Assembly (NCBI RefSeq): GCF_006345805.1
Contig: NC_043018.1
Span: forward strand, 27,218,001-27,282,000
Direction: 5' to 3'
DNA from: Octopus sinensis
Taxonomy: Eukaryota
DNA: 64,000 nt
The translations under genes were made by a program, and so were the position numbers. The notes below the pieces were generated by a model that searched no databases, had not been told where the DNA came from, and saw nothing but the letters and a program-made list of their open reading frames with translations. Within the stretch, counting starts at the first letter, position 1; every line of letters starts with the position of its first letter. Positions 51,550 to 64,000 of the stretch are shown here, one piece after another.

Positions 51550-51879
51550 GCTCTGGAGCCAAACACTCTAGAACCAAAGACTCTAGAATCAAAGACTTTG
51601 GAACCAAAGGCTCTGGAATCAAAGGCTTTGGGATCAAGGACTCTGGAATGAAAGACTCTGGAACCAAAAGCTCTGGAACCAAGGACTCTGGAACCAAATG
51701 CTCTAGAATCAAAGACTCTGGAACGAAAGGCTCTGGACCCAAAGATTCTGAAGGCAAAAGCTTTGGAACTAAAGACTCCGGAACGAAAGACTCTGGAAGC
51801 AAAGACTCTGGAACCAAAGATTCTGGAGCCAAAAGCTCTAGAACCAAGGACTTTGGTACCAATGATTCTGGAACCAAAC
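51550..51879. repeat. 15-bp minisatellite (GGAACCAAAGACTCT), about 22 units
   Basis: Units read in register from 51555; no indels. Confidence 0.95.
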
Positions 51880-52259
51880 AAATTGATTTGTACTTGTATT
51901 TGGTTGCATAGGTTTGGTATTTATTAAGTCTAGCAGGCAGCTTGCACGTGGTCCCTGAGCATGCAAAAGGTAGCAGTTAAATCTCCTTCAAATAAAACCC
52001 CACTATCTAAAGAAAAAAGAAAGAAACAAAAAAAAAAAACCCGATGGATATTGAATAATATAGTTCAGGGATAAAAAGGGTAGCTAGTCACGGCAGGAAC
52101 GGCATTGCTTCATCATTGTTGATCTGGGACAAAACAGCAATGATTTCTTGCACTGGAACGAAATCTTAAATTTGGGGAGAATGGGGAGAAGATAATTGAT
52201 AACATCGCTCCCAAGCACATGAAGGGCAACGTAAATGTGATAAATAGTCTGGCAGAATC

Positions 52260-52710
52260 AGTAAATATATTGGTTTCGAATTTTGGTACAAGGCCAAGAA
52301 TATTGGATTGATGGGGTAAGTCGATCACATCGACACTAGTACTTGACGGGTACTTATTTGCTCGACCCCGAAAGGATGAAAGGCAAAGTTGATATCGGCG
52401 GAATTTGAACTCAGAACCTAAATATGGACAAAAATGTCGCTAAGCATATTTGCCCGACGTGCTAACGATTCAGCCAGTTCTCCGTCTTAGAAATAAGCAA
52501 GTATATTGATCTTGAATTTTGGCACAAGGCGATGAAGTTCATGGGAGGGGGTTAAGCCGACCACATCGATCCCGAGTGTACAATTGGTACTTATTTTATC
52601 GATCCCAAAATGATGAAAGGCAAAGTCGACCGAATTTGAACTCAGAATGCACAAACAGACGAAATGCCGCTAAGCATTTTGCCCAGCGTGCTAACAATTC
52701 TGCCAGTGCG
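52260..52710 (-). mobile_element. Two SINE B copies
   Basis: Family B body and head, twice. Confidence 0.78.
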
Positions 52711-52780
52711 CCCCGGCTTAGAAATCGGTGTGTATATTGATATAGTGCCGTAGTTAGTATTGCTCCAGTGTGGTCTGCGT

Positions 52781-53030
52781 GAAGGCGAATGGCTTAGTGT
52801 ATACAGCTCATGGTCGTAAGATCGTGAGTTCGATTCTCGACAGCGCATTCTGTCTTTGAGCAAGACACTTTATTTTCACGTAGCTCCAGTCCACTCAGCT
52901 AGCAAAAATGTGTTGTACCTGTAATCCAAAAGAGCTAACCTTGCCACGCTGAAGAATCTCCCTAAGAACTACGTTAAGGGTGTACGTGTCTGTGGAGTAC
53001 TCAGCCACTTGCACGTTAATTTGACGAACA
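52781..53030 (+). mobile_element. SINE family C (CORE/Deu-like body) with tail type 1
   Basis: tRNA-like head; tctttgagcaagacactttattttcacgtagctccagtccactcagct; then gaactacgttaagggt...agccacttgcacgttaat shared with family D. Confidence 0.75.
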
Positions 53031-53104
53031 GTCAGTGTTCTTGGTGCAAATACTGTTAAAGTCATCTTTACTTTTCATCGAATCAAGGATTCAATAAAAC
53101 TCAT

Positions 53105-53300
53105 ACCTAGCACGCCGGGCGGGATGCGTAGCCGTATTTCGTCTGCCCTTTCGTTCTGAGTTCAAATTCCGCCGAGGTCGACTTTACCTTTCATCCTTTC
53201 GGGGTCGATAAATTAAGTACCAGTTACACACTGGGGTCTATCGAATCGACTGGCCACCCCCCCACAAAATTTCGAGCCTTGTGCCTAGAGCAGAAAAGAA
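53105..53300 (+). mobile_element. SINE B monomer
   Basis: Family B body and terminal tail. Confidence 0.8.
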
Positions 53301-53846
53301 TAAAACTTATATCTGCTGTTGTTGATTTTGGTGTTGGTAATATATTTGTTGCGGTTCTTTACGTACCAAGTTCAAATATTTCTATAAAATATTTTAGTTT
53401 CTTTCTTTCTTTCTTTCTGTTTTTTTTTTTTTTGTTATTCTTTGACATTTTTCAATCATTGGACTGCGATCTTGCTGGAATAAAGTTAGACGTTTTCGTC
53501 GAACAAATCAATCAAATCTTTGTATTAATTATTTTCAGGCCCGGAACCTATTTATTGTTCTCTATTACTGAACTGCTAGTGTGATGGGAACGTAAGCAAA
53601 CCAACACAGGTTGTGAATCGCTGTGGGAGGAACAAACGCAAACACATGCACACACATATAAGCATACGTTTTGTGTGTGTGAGTGTGTGCGTGTGTGTGT
53701 GTGCGTGTGTGTGTTATTAATATAGATAGCAGTAAACAATGGGTACCCAAAAGGAAAACTATAATCCTCATTAAATATGACTGTGTGCGTTAGAAACACC
53801 TACATTGCTACAATTAAGACCTAAACGCTTTAATATATACATAAAT

Positions 53847-53921
<75 letters not shown>

Positions 53922-53923
<2 letters not shown>

Positions 53924-54320
53924 TTTACTTGTTTCAGTCATTTGACTGCGGTCATGCTGGGGCACCGCCTTTAGTCGAGGAAATCGACCCCAGAACTTAT
54001 TCTTTGTAAGCCTAGTACTTATTCTATCAGTCTCTTTTGCCGAACCGCTAAGTTACGGGGACGTAAACACACCAGCATCGGTTGTCAAGCGATGTTGGGG
54101 GAGGGGAGAAAACACAACGCACAAACACACACACATATACATATATACATATATACGACGGGCTTCGTTCAGTTTCCGTCTACCAAATCCACTCACAAGG
54201 CTTTGGTCGGCCCAAGGCTATAGCAGAAGACACTTGGCCAAGGTGCCACGCAGTGGGACTGAACCCGGAACCATGTGGTTCGTAAGCAAGCTACTTACCA
54301 CACAGCCACTCCTACGCCTA
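53922..54320 (-). mobile_element. SINE A, full length
   Basis: Reverse complement of family A. Confidence 0.92.
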
Positions 54321-54325
54321 TATAC

Positions 54326-54790
<465 letters not shown>

Positions 54791-55841
54791 TACGACGGGC
54801 TTCCACATAGTTTCTGTTTACTAGATTCATTCACAAGGTATTGGTTGGCCCGGGGCTTCAGTACAAATTACTTGACCAAAGTGTCACACTGCGAAACTGA
54901 ATCAGAATTATGTGGTTGTGAAGCGAACTGTTTAGCCTGCGCCTAATACAGCCATACCTGAAGTTTGTTGTTGTTGTTGCTGTTGTTCAACTTTAGCATT
55001 CATCCTTTCGGGGTCGATAAAATAAAGTACCAGTTGTACACTGGGCTTGATGTAATCGATTTGCAAAAAATTCTCAGGCCTTGTACCTTTTATTTAAAGG
55101 ATTGAAAAGCAAAGCTGACCGTAACAGAATTTGAAGTCAGAACGTAAAGACGGACGAAACGCCACTAGCACGCCGGACCAAAATGCTTAGCGTTCTGAGT
55201 TCAAATTTCGCCAAAGTCCATTTTGCCTCTCATCTTTTCGAGGTTGATAAAATAAGTACCAGTTGAGCACTGGGTTGATGTAATCGACTACCCCACTCCC
55301 CAAAAAATTCAAGCCTTGTGCCTATAATAGAAAAGATTATTATTATTGTCATTATTATTTTCTTTGCTTTCTTGCTGGGTCCGGAGAAAGGGACAGTGTC
55401 CATGACGTTTGCAGGCCCTCCGAGTGCAGTAGGATTTATGCAGTAAATGTTTAGTTTAAGCTATAGCCAGTGGACACCAGCAGGAAAGACAAAAGCAAGG
55501 AAAGAGATTCCAGAGGGAACACAGTTATGGGGAAGAAGGGACGGTTTATGGTAAATGTGGTTGGAGCGGGAACTAGAAGTCGATATTGGGACGACATGTG
55601 GGTATATAAAAGTGGAGAGAAGCGTGAGTGGAACATGCCAGAGTGGAATTGGTCCGTGATGAGATATATTCGAGGAGCAGAGACCGATATAGTAGCGGAG
55701 TGACCGTAAATAGAAAGGAGACAGCGGTTCTGTGAGCTAGAGATTGGAGCATTGTCTATCAATGACTTAAGAGTAATCAGCTGAGTAACCCAGGACACAT
55801 TTAGGTGTGGTTTTGGGTGTTTATGTACAGTAGCCGAAAAA

Positions 55842-56128
55842 AAGGCAAACGGCTTAATGGTTAGGGATATTCGGCTCACGACCGTAGGTATGTGAGTTCT
55901 ATTTTCGACGACACGTTGTGTCCCTGGGCAAGATACTTTATTTCACGTTGCTTCAGTTCATTCACTGGGCAAAAATGAGTAAGTGCCTGGATTCCAAAGG
56001 GCCAGTCTTGTCACATTTTGCGCCACGTGTCTGTGGAATGCTTGGCCACTTGCTCACTAATTTCACGAGTAGGCAGTTCCGTTGATCGGATCAGCTGGAA
56101 CTCTTGTCGTCGTCGCAACCGACGGAGT
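55842..56128 (+). mobile_element. SINE C with tail type 1
   Basis: tgtccctgggcaagatactttatttcacgttgc ... ttccgttgatcggatc ... accgacggagt. Confidence 0.75.
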
Positions 56129-56616
56129 ACGAGTACAGCAGCAATGTCTTAGATGTGAGAGCAATGCTCCATCGTTCGTCTTCATTTGAGCAAGGCAAAC
56201 TAACAGGAGTTTCATAACGGTACACTGACTCTGTAGAGCGCCAGTCAAAAATTTGAGTGCAATTTACACGCGTCTTTCTTTTTCTGACTTGTCGGAAATC
56301 CCAAGAGAGTTGACTTTAAACCTTTCACATCCTCAGGTACCAGTTATATACTGTGATCGATACAATCGGCTCTTTTTACCTCCTATAATAATTTAATAAT
56401 TTGTGGAAATGTTAGAAATCAATTTTAATGAAAAGCATGCTGTGTCGGTGTACATATGTGTGTGTATGTGTGTGTGTGTGTGTGCGTATGTGTGAGTGTG
56501 TAAATGCGTATGCTTGTGCGTGTATCTAAGTGTGTGTGCTGGTGTGGACATTTAAATGTATACGAGTGTGTGAACAAGGAATGTATCCATGAGTGTATTG
56601 TTATGGAAGTTGTTAC

Positions 56617-57195
56617 GTCGGCGAGCTGGCAGAATGGTTAGCACGCCGGGCGAAATGCGTAGCTGTTTTTCGCCTGCCGCTACGTTCTGAGTTCAAATTC
56701 CGCCGAGGTTGACTTTGTCTTTCATTCTTTCAGGTTCGATTAAATAAGTACCAGTTACGCACTGGGGTCGATATAATCGACTTAATCCGTTTGTCTGTCC
56801 TTGTCTGTCCCTTCTGTGTTTAGCCCCTTGTGGGTAGTAAAGAAATGGGTATTTCGTCCGTCTTTACGTTCTGAGTTCAAATTCCGCCGAGGTCGACTTT
56901 GCCGTTCACCCTTTCGAGATCGATAAGATAAGTATTAGTTGTAATCGACTGGTCCCCTTCCCCCAAAAATGTCAGGCCTTGTGTCTAGAGTAGAAAGGAT
57001 TATTATGGAAGTTATTAGGAAGGCAAGCTGGCTGAGTCGTTAGCAGGCCGGACAAAATGCTTAGCGGTATTTCGTCCGTCTTTTTGTTGAGTCCAAATTC
57101 CGCCGAGGTCGACTTTCTCTTTCATCCCTTCGGGCTCACATGTAATCGACTAGCACCTTCCTCCAAGCTTGCTGGCCTTGTGCCAAAATTTGAAG
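56617..57195 (+). mobile_element. SINE B dimer plus monomer
   Basis: Unit starts at 56665 and 56849 (184 bp apart). Confidence 0.88.
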
Positions 57196-57717
57196 TTGTT
57201 TAATCCCAAGTCCCGTGACCATCCCGTTATATTCCCCCACTCTTTATGGGAAGACACTCCAGAATCACGTTTTCTAATGCATCATTTTTCCTGTTAAGAC
57301 GGTAGACTTATGTCATTTGAAAGAGATTAGGCTGCTATTTCTAGCATGTCCAACTACTGCTAACAGCTTCCTGGTTGATGGTTTGCAGCGATTTAAACTA
57401 GATTAACCCTGGTCAGACACATTTGAATCAAAAGCGTTCCAACAAGGGCCATCGTCAGGAGTATCAAGAAATGCTCTATCCGATGTGTCCTTCCTTTATT
57501 TTCGCTACGAGAGGGTGAAGCTTCAATCATATTTGGCTGCTATTTCTAGCTAGTCGATATAGACATTTTGTGTTCGTATGTGCATGTGACGTCACCACTA
57601 TTGCTGTTAAACACACACACTTATATAAACTAAAATATACAGCAGTTTACAATGTTTGCCAAAAAGGAAAACTACAGTTGTCCCTAAAAGCGACTAGGGT
57701 TTTTAAAACGGCTACAT

Positions 57718-57790
57718 TGCTAGAAATAAGAGCTAAAATGCTCTAATGCTGTAATCAAAGCATTAGAGCTTTTAGCTCTTATTTCTAGCA
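57718..57790. repeat. Near-perfect hairpin, about 32-bp stem and 8-nt loop
   Basis: tgctagaaataagagctaaaatgctctaatgct-gtaatcaa-agcattagagcttttagctcttatttctagca, with a single 1-nt bulge. Confidence 0.85.
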
Positions 57791-57967
57791 TTTAGTGACA
57801 ATTGTATATCCATTATATATATAGATGTGTGTGTATGAATATAAGTATAATATGCAGTTTATCAATGTGTGTGTGAGAGAGTTGAAGTCGTTGACTATGT
57901 GTAAATAAATAAATGTTGTCGAAACCATGCGTTAAAATAGCTTTTTGGTTATGTACACGTGTGTTAG

Positions 57968-58245
57968 GGAGGCGCAATGGCCCAGTGGTTAGGGCAGCGG
58001 ACTCGCGGTCGTAGGATCGCGGTTTCGATTCGCAGACCGGGCGTTGTGTGTGTGTGTGTGTGTGTTTATTGAGCGAAAACACCTAAAGCTCCACGAGGCT
58101 CCGGCTGGGGGTGGTGGCGACCCCTGTTGTAATCTTTCGCCCAGCTGGGTGGGTGGGTGGGTGGGGGACACATACGCCATGGAAACCGGGAAACCGGGCC
58201 CTTGAGCCTGGCTATGCTTGAAAAGGGCGCATAAAAAAAAAAAAA
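57968..58245 (+). mobile_element. SINE D head with tail type 2 and poly(A)
   Basis: Head nearly identical to 15073; tail catacgccatggaaaccgggaaaccgggccc...gcataaaaaaaa. Confidence 0.85.
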
Positions 58246-58539
58246 CACGTGTGTGAATGGGTGCGTTGGAGTGTGTGTGTCCGCGCGTGTGTGTCAACGT
58301 GTGTGAAAATGTATGGAGCGTGTATGTGTGTGTGTGTGTGTGACACGTTCGTGCACAAACGTTGAAGTTATAATGTAAATACAAAATGTGTGTGTGTGTG
58401 TGTATATTTACATGTGTGTGTGTGTGGTGCGCGCGGAGGTAGAAAGAGAGAGAGAGAATGAGAAAAGAAAGAAAATTAACATGTGTATATAGCAGAGAAT
58501 GATACATACACACATGTATCTGTGTATGCATATGGATGT

Positions 58540-58776
58540 ATGTATTTATACATTTCTTTATTGCCCACAAGGGGCTAAACATAGAGGGACAAAGACAGAC
58601 AAAGGGATTAAGTCAACTACATCGACCCCAGTGCGCAACTGGTACTTTATTTATCGACCCCGAAAGGATGAAAGGCAAAGTCGACCTCGGCGGTGTTTGA
58701 ACCCAGAACGTAGCGGCAGACGAAATACTGCTAAGCATTTCGCCCGGCGTGCTAACGATTCTGCCAGCTCGCCGCC
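58540..58776 (-). mobile_element. SINE B monomer
   Basis: Consensus-like copy. Confidence 0.9.
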
Positions 58777-58903
58777 TACAAACAGGTAAACACACACACA
58801 CACACACACATATATATACAAACAAATACTTACACACACACACACACATATATATATATACATATATATACATACGTTCGTACGTAAGTTTGAATGAAAA
58901 TGT

Positions 58904-58948
<45 letters not shown>

Positions 58949-59679
58949 AGAGAATGAGAGAGTAAGAATCGAAAGACAAACAATATAAAGAGGGTGAGCA
59001 AATAGGAAGATGAAGCGTTGGTGGTGGTGGGGGGGAGCAACCAGGAGAAGGAGGAAATAACAACAACAAGAAGACTATATGTAGAAACGTGGAAGAGCCC
59101 TGTGGTGGACAAAAGGGTTGCTAGAAATAGTAAAGAAATCTGTATATATCACGCATGAAAGACGAAAGGGCAGATAAGGTAACGTAGTCCGGGGCAGAGG
59201 AGGGGGAGAAGTGCCGAAGGCGTGAAAATAGAAGAAAAAAAGCAAAAAAAAAAGAGAAGAAACGGTGGATGGAACGGTCATGGTCGGAGTGTTTTGATCA
59301 GAGATGTGTGTTGACTTGAAGGAAAGGGGATAGAAAGAAAAGAAAACAAAGAAATGATAAATGTGTACGCGTGTGTGTGTGCATAGGTAGTGAGTGAGAG
59401 CGAGAGAGATAGAGAGAGAGAGAGAGAGAGAATGATCGAATAGACCAGAAGGATTTACGTCGAAATGTAAACAGTGCGAGCGAGCGAGAGAGAGAGAGTG
59501 AGAGAGAGAAAGAAAGGAAGTGTACGGGAGGTGAATGTATGTGAGTGTGCGTAAGTATGTATTTATTGTACACTCACTCATATGAGTGCGAATACACACG
59601 CGTCCACATGTGTGTATATGTGTGTACGTGGTGTGTGTGTGTGTGTGTGTGTGTGTACGTGTATAGATAGCAAGATACT

Positions 59680-59680
59680 C

Positions 59681-59725
<45 letters not shown>

Positions 59726-59813
59726 AAGATAGATAGATAGTAGATAGATAGATAGATAGATAGAAAGATAGATAGATAGATAGATAGATAGGCAGACAGA
59801 TAGATAGACAGGG

Positions 59814-59848
<35 letters not shown>

Positions 59849-59885
59849 GATAGATAGATAGATAGATGGATAGATTGATAAATAG
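59680..59885. repeat. (GATA)n array
   Basis: Directly visible. Confidence 0.95.
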
Positions 59886-59994
59886 AAAGAGAGATAGAAA
59901 GAGAGAGAAATTTAAATATAGTCGCCTGCATGTGTACGCACACATATAATACATACACATATATATATTCATATTTGTACACGCAGGTCAATAC

Positions 59995-60040
<46 letters not shown>

Positions 60041-60306
60041 GCATACATACATACACGTTCACATGTGTGTATGTCTATGTATGTATGTGTACATTTTTTA
60101 TACAAATGAGTATCAATGGAAAGTTTTTATCACTTGTAAACATATTCCGATATACGAGCATTCATGCATTCACACGCATATACACACACACACGCGCGCG
60201 CTTTCTCTCTCTCTCTCTCTCTCTCTCTTTCTCCCTCACACGCTGGGTTAGCATTGAATTTGGTTCAATCGACATGGACTACTTTCAGATTTAGCACTCA
60301 ATACAT

Positions 60307-60345
<39 letters not shown>

Positions 60346-60513
60346 AGAGAGAGAGAACGAGAGAGGGAGAAAGAGAGAGAGAGAGTGTGTATGTGTGTGT
60401 TTGAAAGTTTGGCGGAGTGAAATATGCGCGTATATTTTTGTGCGAAATGACGGGAAGAGGTTTTACGTTCGTATGACTCATAAACACATATATATACACA
60501 GACACGCACACAA

Positions 60514-60575
<62 letters not shown>

Positions 60576-60873
60576 ATATATATACATACATACCTATAAA
60601 TGTACTTAAATATATGTGTGTGTGTGTTGTGTGTGTGCGTGTGTATGTATGTAAATACACACGTGTGTATATGTGTGTCTTGAGTTAAATGTCCTGAGAA
60701 AGGCATGACCGTCACAGCACTCCTTTCTATTTTCCCCTCCATTGTAAGTTTTCGAATTATCATGCCTGCGTAAAACACTCGTCCACGCATGTGTCAGTGT
60801 ACACACTTGAAGTATGTACCACACACACACACACACACACCACACACACACACATATATATATACATATATAT

Positions 60874-60932
<59 letters not shown>

Positions 60933-61319
60933 TACATATATATATTATATATATATATATAGGTAGGTAGTAAATATACGTGCGTGAGCGCCAGTACATT
61001 GTGTGTGTGTGTGCGTGTGAGAATATATACGCATATAATGTTATATTTATGTATTATGCGAGAGAGAAGATAGTAAAAACATGTATAAACAAACATAAAT
61101 AAGAACATTAAAGAACTAACTGGTTAGTAGCAATGTACGTGATAATGTACTACTAATAGTAGTAATAGTAGTAGTAGAAAAAGAGAAAGAGAGAGAGAGA
61201 GAAAGAGAGGTGGTAAGCAAAACGAAAAAGAAAAGGAAAACTACCACCACGACCATTACTACTATAGCTACTACTACAACCAGTTACTATTTACTATATT
61301 ACTAGGAAAATTGTCTTAC

Positions 61320-62081
61320 CTGAAGCCATGGAAAAACATCGACAATGTTAAAACTCTCGATACTGTCCACAATGTCTTGGATAATTCGCAGCTGTTGGTG
61401 GAAGGAAGCGTCGACATGTTCGAATCGACGGTTTAGAGTCCGTAAGCAGAGCACATTCGCTACAACACGTGCGACGTTATAATGGGGATCGAATGCGTCC
61501 CCGCTGCACGCGAATGCGTCCAGGGCCTTCATTAACGACCTGGTTTCCATGCCGACAATGCTCTCAAGTCGGGCCCGGTTGTCTCGGTTGGGTGATGCGA
61601 AGAACGAATGGACTTGTCGCCTGTAATATTTCAAATCAGGTCCGATGTCACTCATGGCAATATCGCGTCCATCTCCCAATAATGTTTTCACAGTTTGTCT
61701 GCGCCGCGGTCGGCCGGCAAATATTCTTCCTTGTTTGAGTATGCATTCGCGGGCTGCCTCCATCGAACTAATCACCAACACGTTGTCGCCGCCCATCCGT
61801 AGCCACATCAGGTCACCGTACCGTTTGGCCAGTGTGGTCAAGGCTATGTGCAGCGGTTTCCACAACACGTGGAAAAGGTTGCCAATAAGCGGCCAGCTTC
61901 GAGGACCGGGCGGCCGCCGTAAGTGCTTGTGTTTTAACCGGCAACCCAAGATGCCTAGTCCGTGTAGCTCCCAGCGCAGGTCGCGAACCAGCAGTTTGAC
62001 GATAATAAGAATGATCAAGGACGAAATTAAGTAGTAAGTCACGATCCAGACATCCATCGTTTGTGCTTTCGGCGGTAACAT
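61320..62081 (-). CDS. First coding exon of a clan-2 cytochrome P450 (CYP17/CYP21-like), partial gene
   Basis: 254-codon open frame in a GC-rich island: N-terminal TM anchor, PPGPRSWPLIGNL hinge, LAKRYGDLMWLRMG, FAGRP, GRDIAMSD, VANVLC, IVDVFPWLQ, then donor CAG|GTAAGA (phase 0). ATG at 62081 or 62057; the latter has better context (ACGATGG). Exact orthology unresolved. Confidence 0.93.
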
Positions 62082-62099
62082 CAAAGCTTTATAACCGAG

Positions 62100-62576
62100 G
62101 TTGTGGTTGATGTATAAGAGATGATGATGAAGAAGAAGAAAGGTGTAGAAGAGGAAGAAGACGAAATAATAATAATAATAACAATAATAATATTAATAAT
62201 AATAACGATGATAATAATAATAGTAATATTATAATAATAATGAAAATGGTAATAATAATAATAATAATGGTAATAATAAATTAATAAATAAATAAAGGTG
62301 TCGATGTGGTTGGTGGTAGAGTGGTGATGGGGGTTTGCGAAATGAGAGAAAAATGAAATGAGGAGAAATCGTGATGGTGTTGGTGACGGTGTTGGTGGTG
62401 TTGATAATGGTGTTGGTGTCGGTGGTGGTGTTGGTGGTGGTGGTGGATATAGGTGCAAAAAGAGGAGGGGGAAGAGGGGGGAAAGTGTGAAAGAGGCGAG
62501 AAAGAGAGAAAGAGGGGGGAAAAAGTGAGAGATAAGAAAGAGCAAGAATAGATAAACACGTTATATATATATATAT

Positions 62577-62621
<45 letters not shown>

Positions 62622-62785
62622 ATAAATATATGTGTATATATATATATGTGTGTGTGTGTATATATATATATCAGAGAAAGAGAGAGAAAAGGAAACGCAG
62701 AGAGAGAGAGAGAGAGAAGGAGAGGGGGTGGCCAATAACAAAAACAAATCCTCTGGCGTCGGTACTGACGTTGCCGTTAATGTTG

Positions 62786-62817
<32 letters not shown>

Positions 62818-63289
62818 GGTTTGAGTCGATGATGGTGTGGCGGCTGCGGCACTACTGTTGCTGTTGGTGGTGGTGGTGGTGGTGTTGGTGGTGGTATTGG
62901 CGGCGCGGTACTGTTCCTGTTGCTGTTGCTTGCTGGTGTTGTTGTTGTTGTTGTTGATGATGACAGTTATGATGATGATGGTGATGGTGATGATGGTGAT
63001 GATGTGATGTGGTTGGCGATGGCGGCGTCGGTAGAGAAGTATAAACGCATGCGAATGTGCGTATATGTGTGTGTTTATGTATGTATTTACATACGTGTGT
63101 GTGTGTATGTGTGCGTGTAGATATATATATATATATGTACGCACACACGTACACACACTGAAGAAGAGAGTGGAAGAAGGATGGGGAGGAGATAGAGGAA
63201 GAAAGAGGTATAGTACTAAGAGTTGTAGTAAGAGGAGAAGAAGCGAGGAAGGTGAGTGATAGCGTGTGAGAGAGAAAGGCAGAGATAAT

Positions 63290-63331
<42 letters not shown>

Positions 63332-63567
63332 CTATCAGCTACTACAGGTAAAATAAACAATTTGCCTCTTCAACCTGTAATAGGGAGTACCCCTAGGTGT
63401 GTGGATAGCGTTGTTGTTGTTGTTGGAGGTGGTGACGGTGGTGACGGTGGTGGTGGTAGTAGTGGTGGTGACGTTCGTCGTGTGGCTAGGAATCTAGTAT
63501 ACGATGGTGATGATGATGATGATGATGTTGATAACGATATCCTCAATGTTGTTACTGGAAAAGTAGC

Positions 63568-63608
<41 letters not shown>

Positions 63609-63903
63609 ATGGTGTTGGTGACGGTGGCGAGTAGTTTGTTGCAATAGTTTTTGTTGTGGTTTTTCTTATATATATATATATATATGTGTATGTATGTATG
63701 TATGTATGTATGTATGTGTGTGTGTGTGTGTGTGTGTGGTGTGTATTAGGTGGAGGTGGTGGGTGCCTGCAGCGGTGTCGGTGATCTTCGCGATATTGTA
63801 CTTCTTACGACGACCACCACGACGATGGTATCGTTATTCTTGCTATTGTTATTGTTGTCACTCTCCTATGTATATGTGTGTATGTATGTATAATTACACA
63901 CAT

Positions 63904-63951
<48 letters not shown>

Positions 63952-63960
63952 TGATAGTGG
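62100..63960. repeat. Mixed microsatellite region upstream of the CYP exon
   Basis: (AAT), (GGT), (GA), (TA), (TG), (GAT) and (AGT) tracts. Confidence 0.9.
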
Positions 63961-64000
63961 ATATTAAAGTGGCGATATATAAAAAAAAATTATGATAATG

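Noticed and set aside
55451-55879. 142-aa minus-strand ORF
   Set aside because: No recognisable motif, non-ATG start; probably decayed LINE-like DNA that I could not classify.

Overview
AT-rich, microsatellite-saturated animal genomic DNA with one 100-N scaffold gap (8308-8407). The repeat content looks like an octopod cephalopod (inference from recognising the SINE families; not verified). Only one host coding exon is supported: a GC-rich, minus-strand first coding exon of a clan-2 cytochrome P450 (CYP17/CYP21-like, 62081-61320) ending at a canonical phase-0 GT donor. The other ~61 kb are probably its intron or intergenic DNA. That DNA is built from tRNA-derived SINEs (my working labels A, B, C, D), a (TAA)n-embedded non-coding element (F), decayed LINE pieces (Penelope, CR1/L2, Dong/R4, Tx1/L1, RTE, R2/NeSL-like), pogo/Tigger and mariner remnants, hAT MITEs and one Helitron. 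Octopus tRNA-derived SINEs (OK, OR1, OR2) are published, but I cannot map my labels onto them. Most notable observations: minimal hammerhead-ribozyme motifs with the conserved C3-G8 pair swapped to G3-C8; a U6 snRNA 3' fragment abutting a SINE; a LINE 3' end sharing sequence and a covarying stem-loop with the SINE A tail; fixed ~184-bp multimers of SINE B; and a CYP intron position matching vertebrate CYP17A1/CYP21A2. Nearly all ORF-track entries are microsatellite or SINE artefacts. Coordinates were read by eye, so edges of decayed repeats are approximate.
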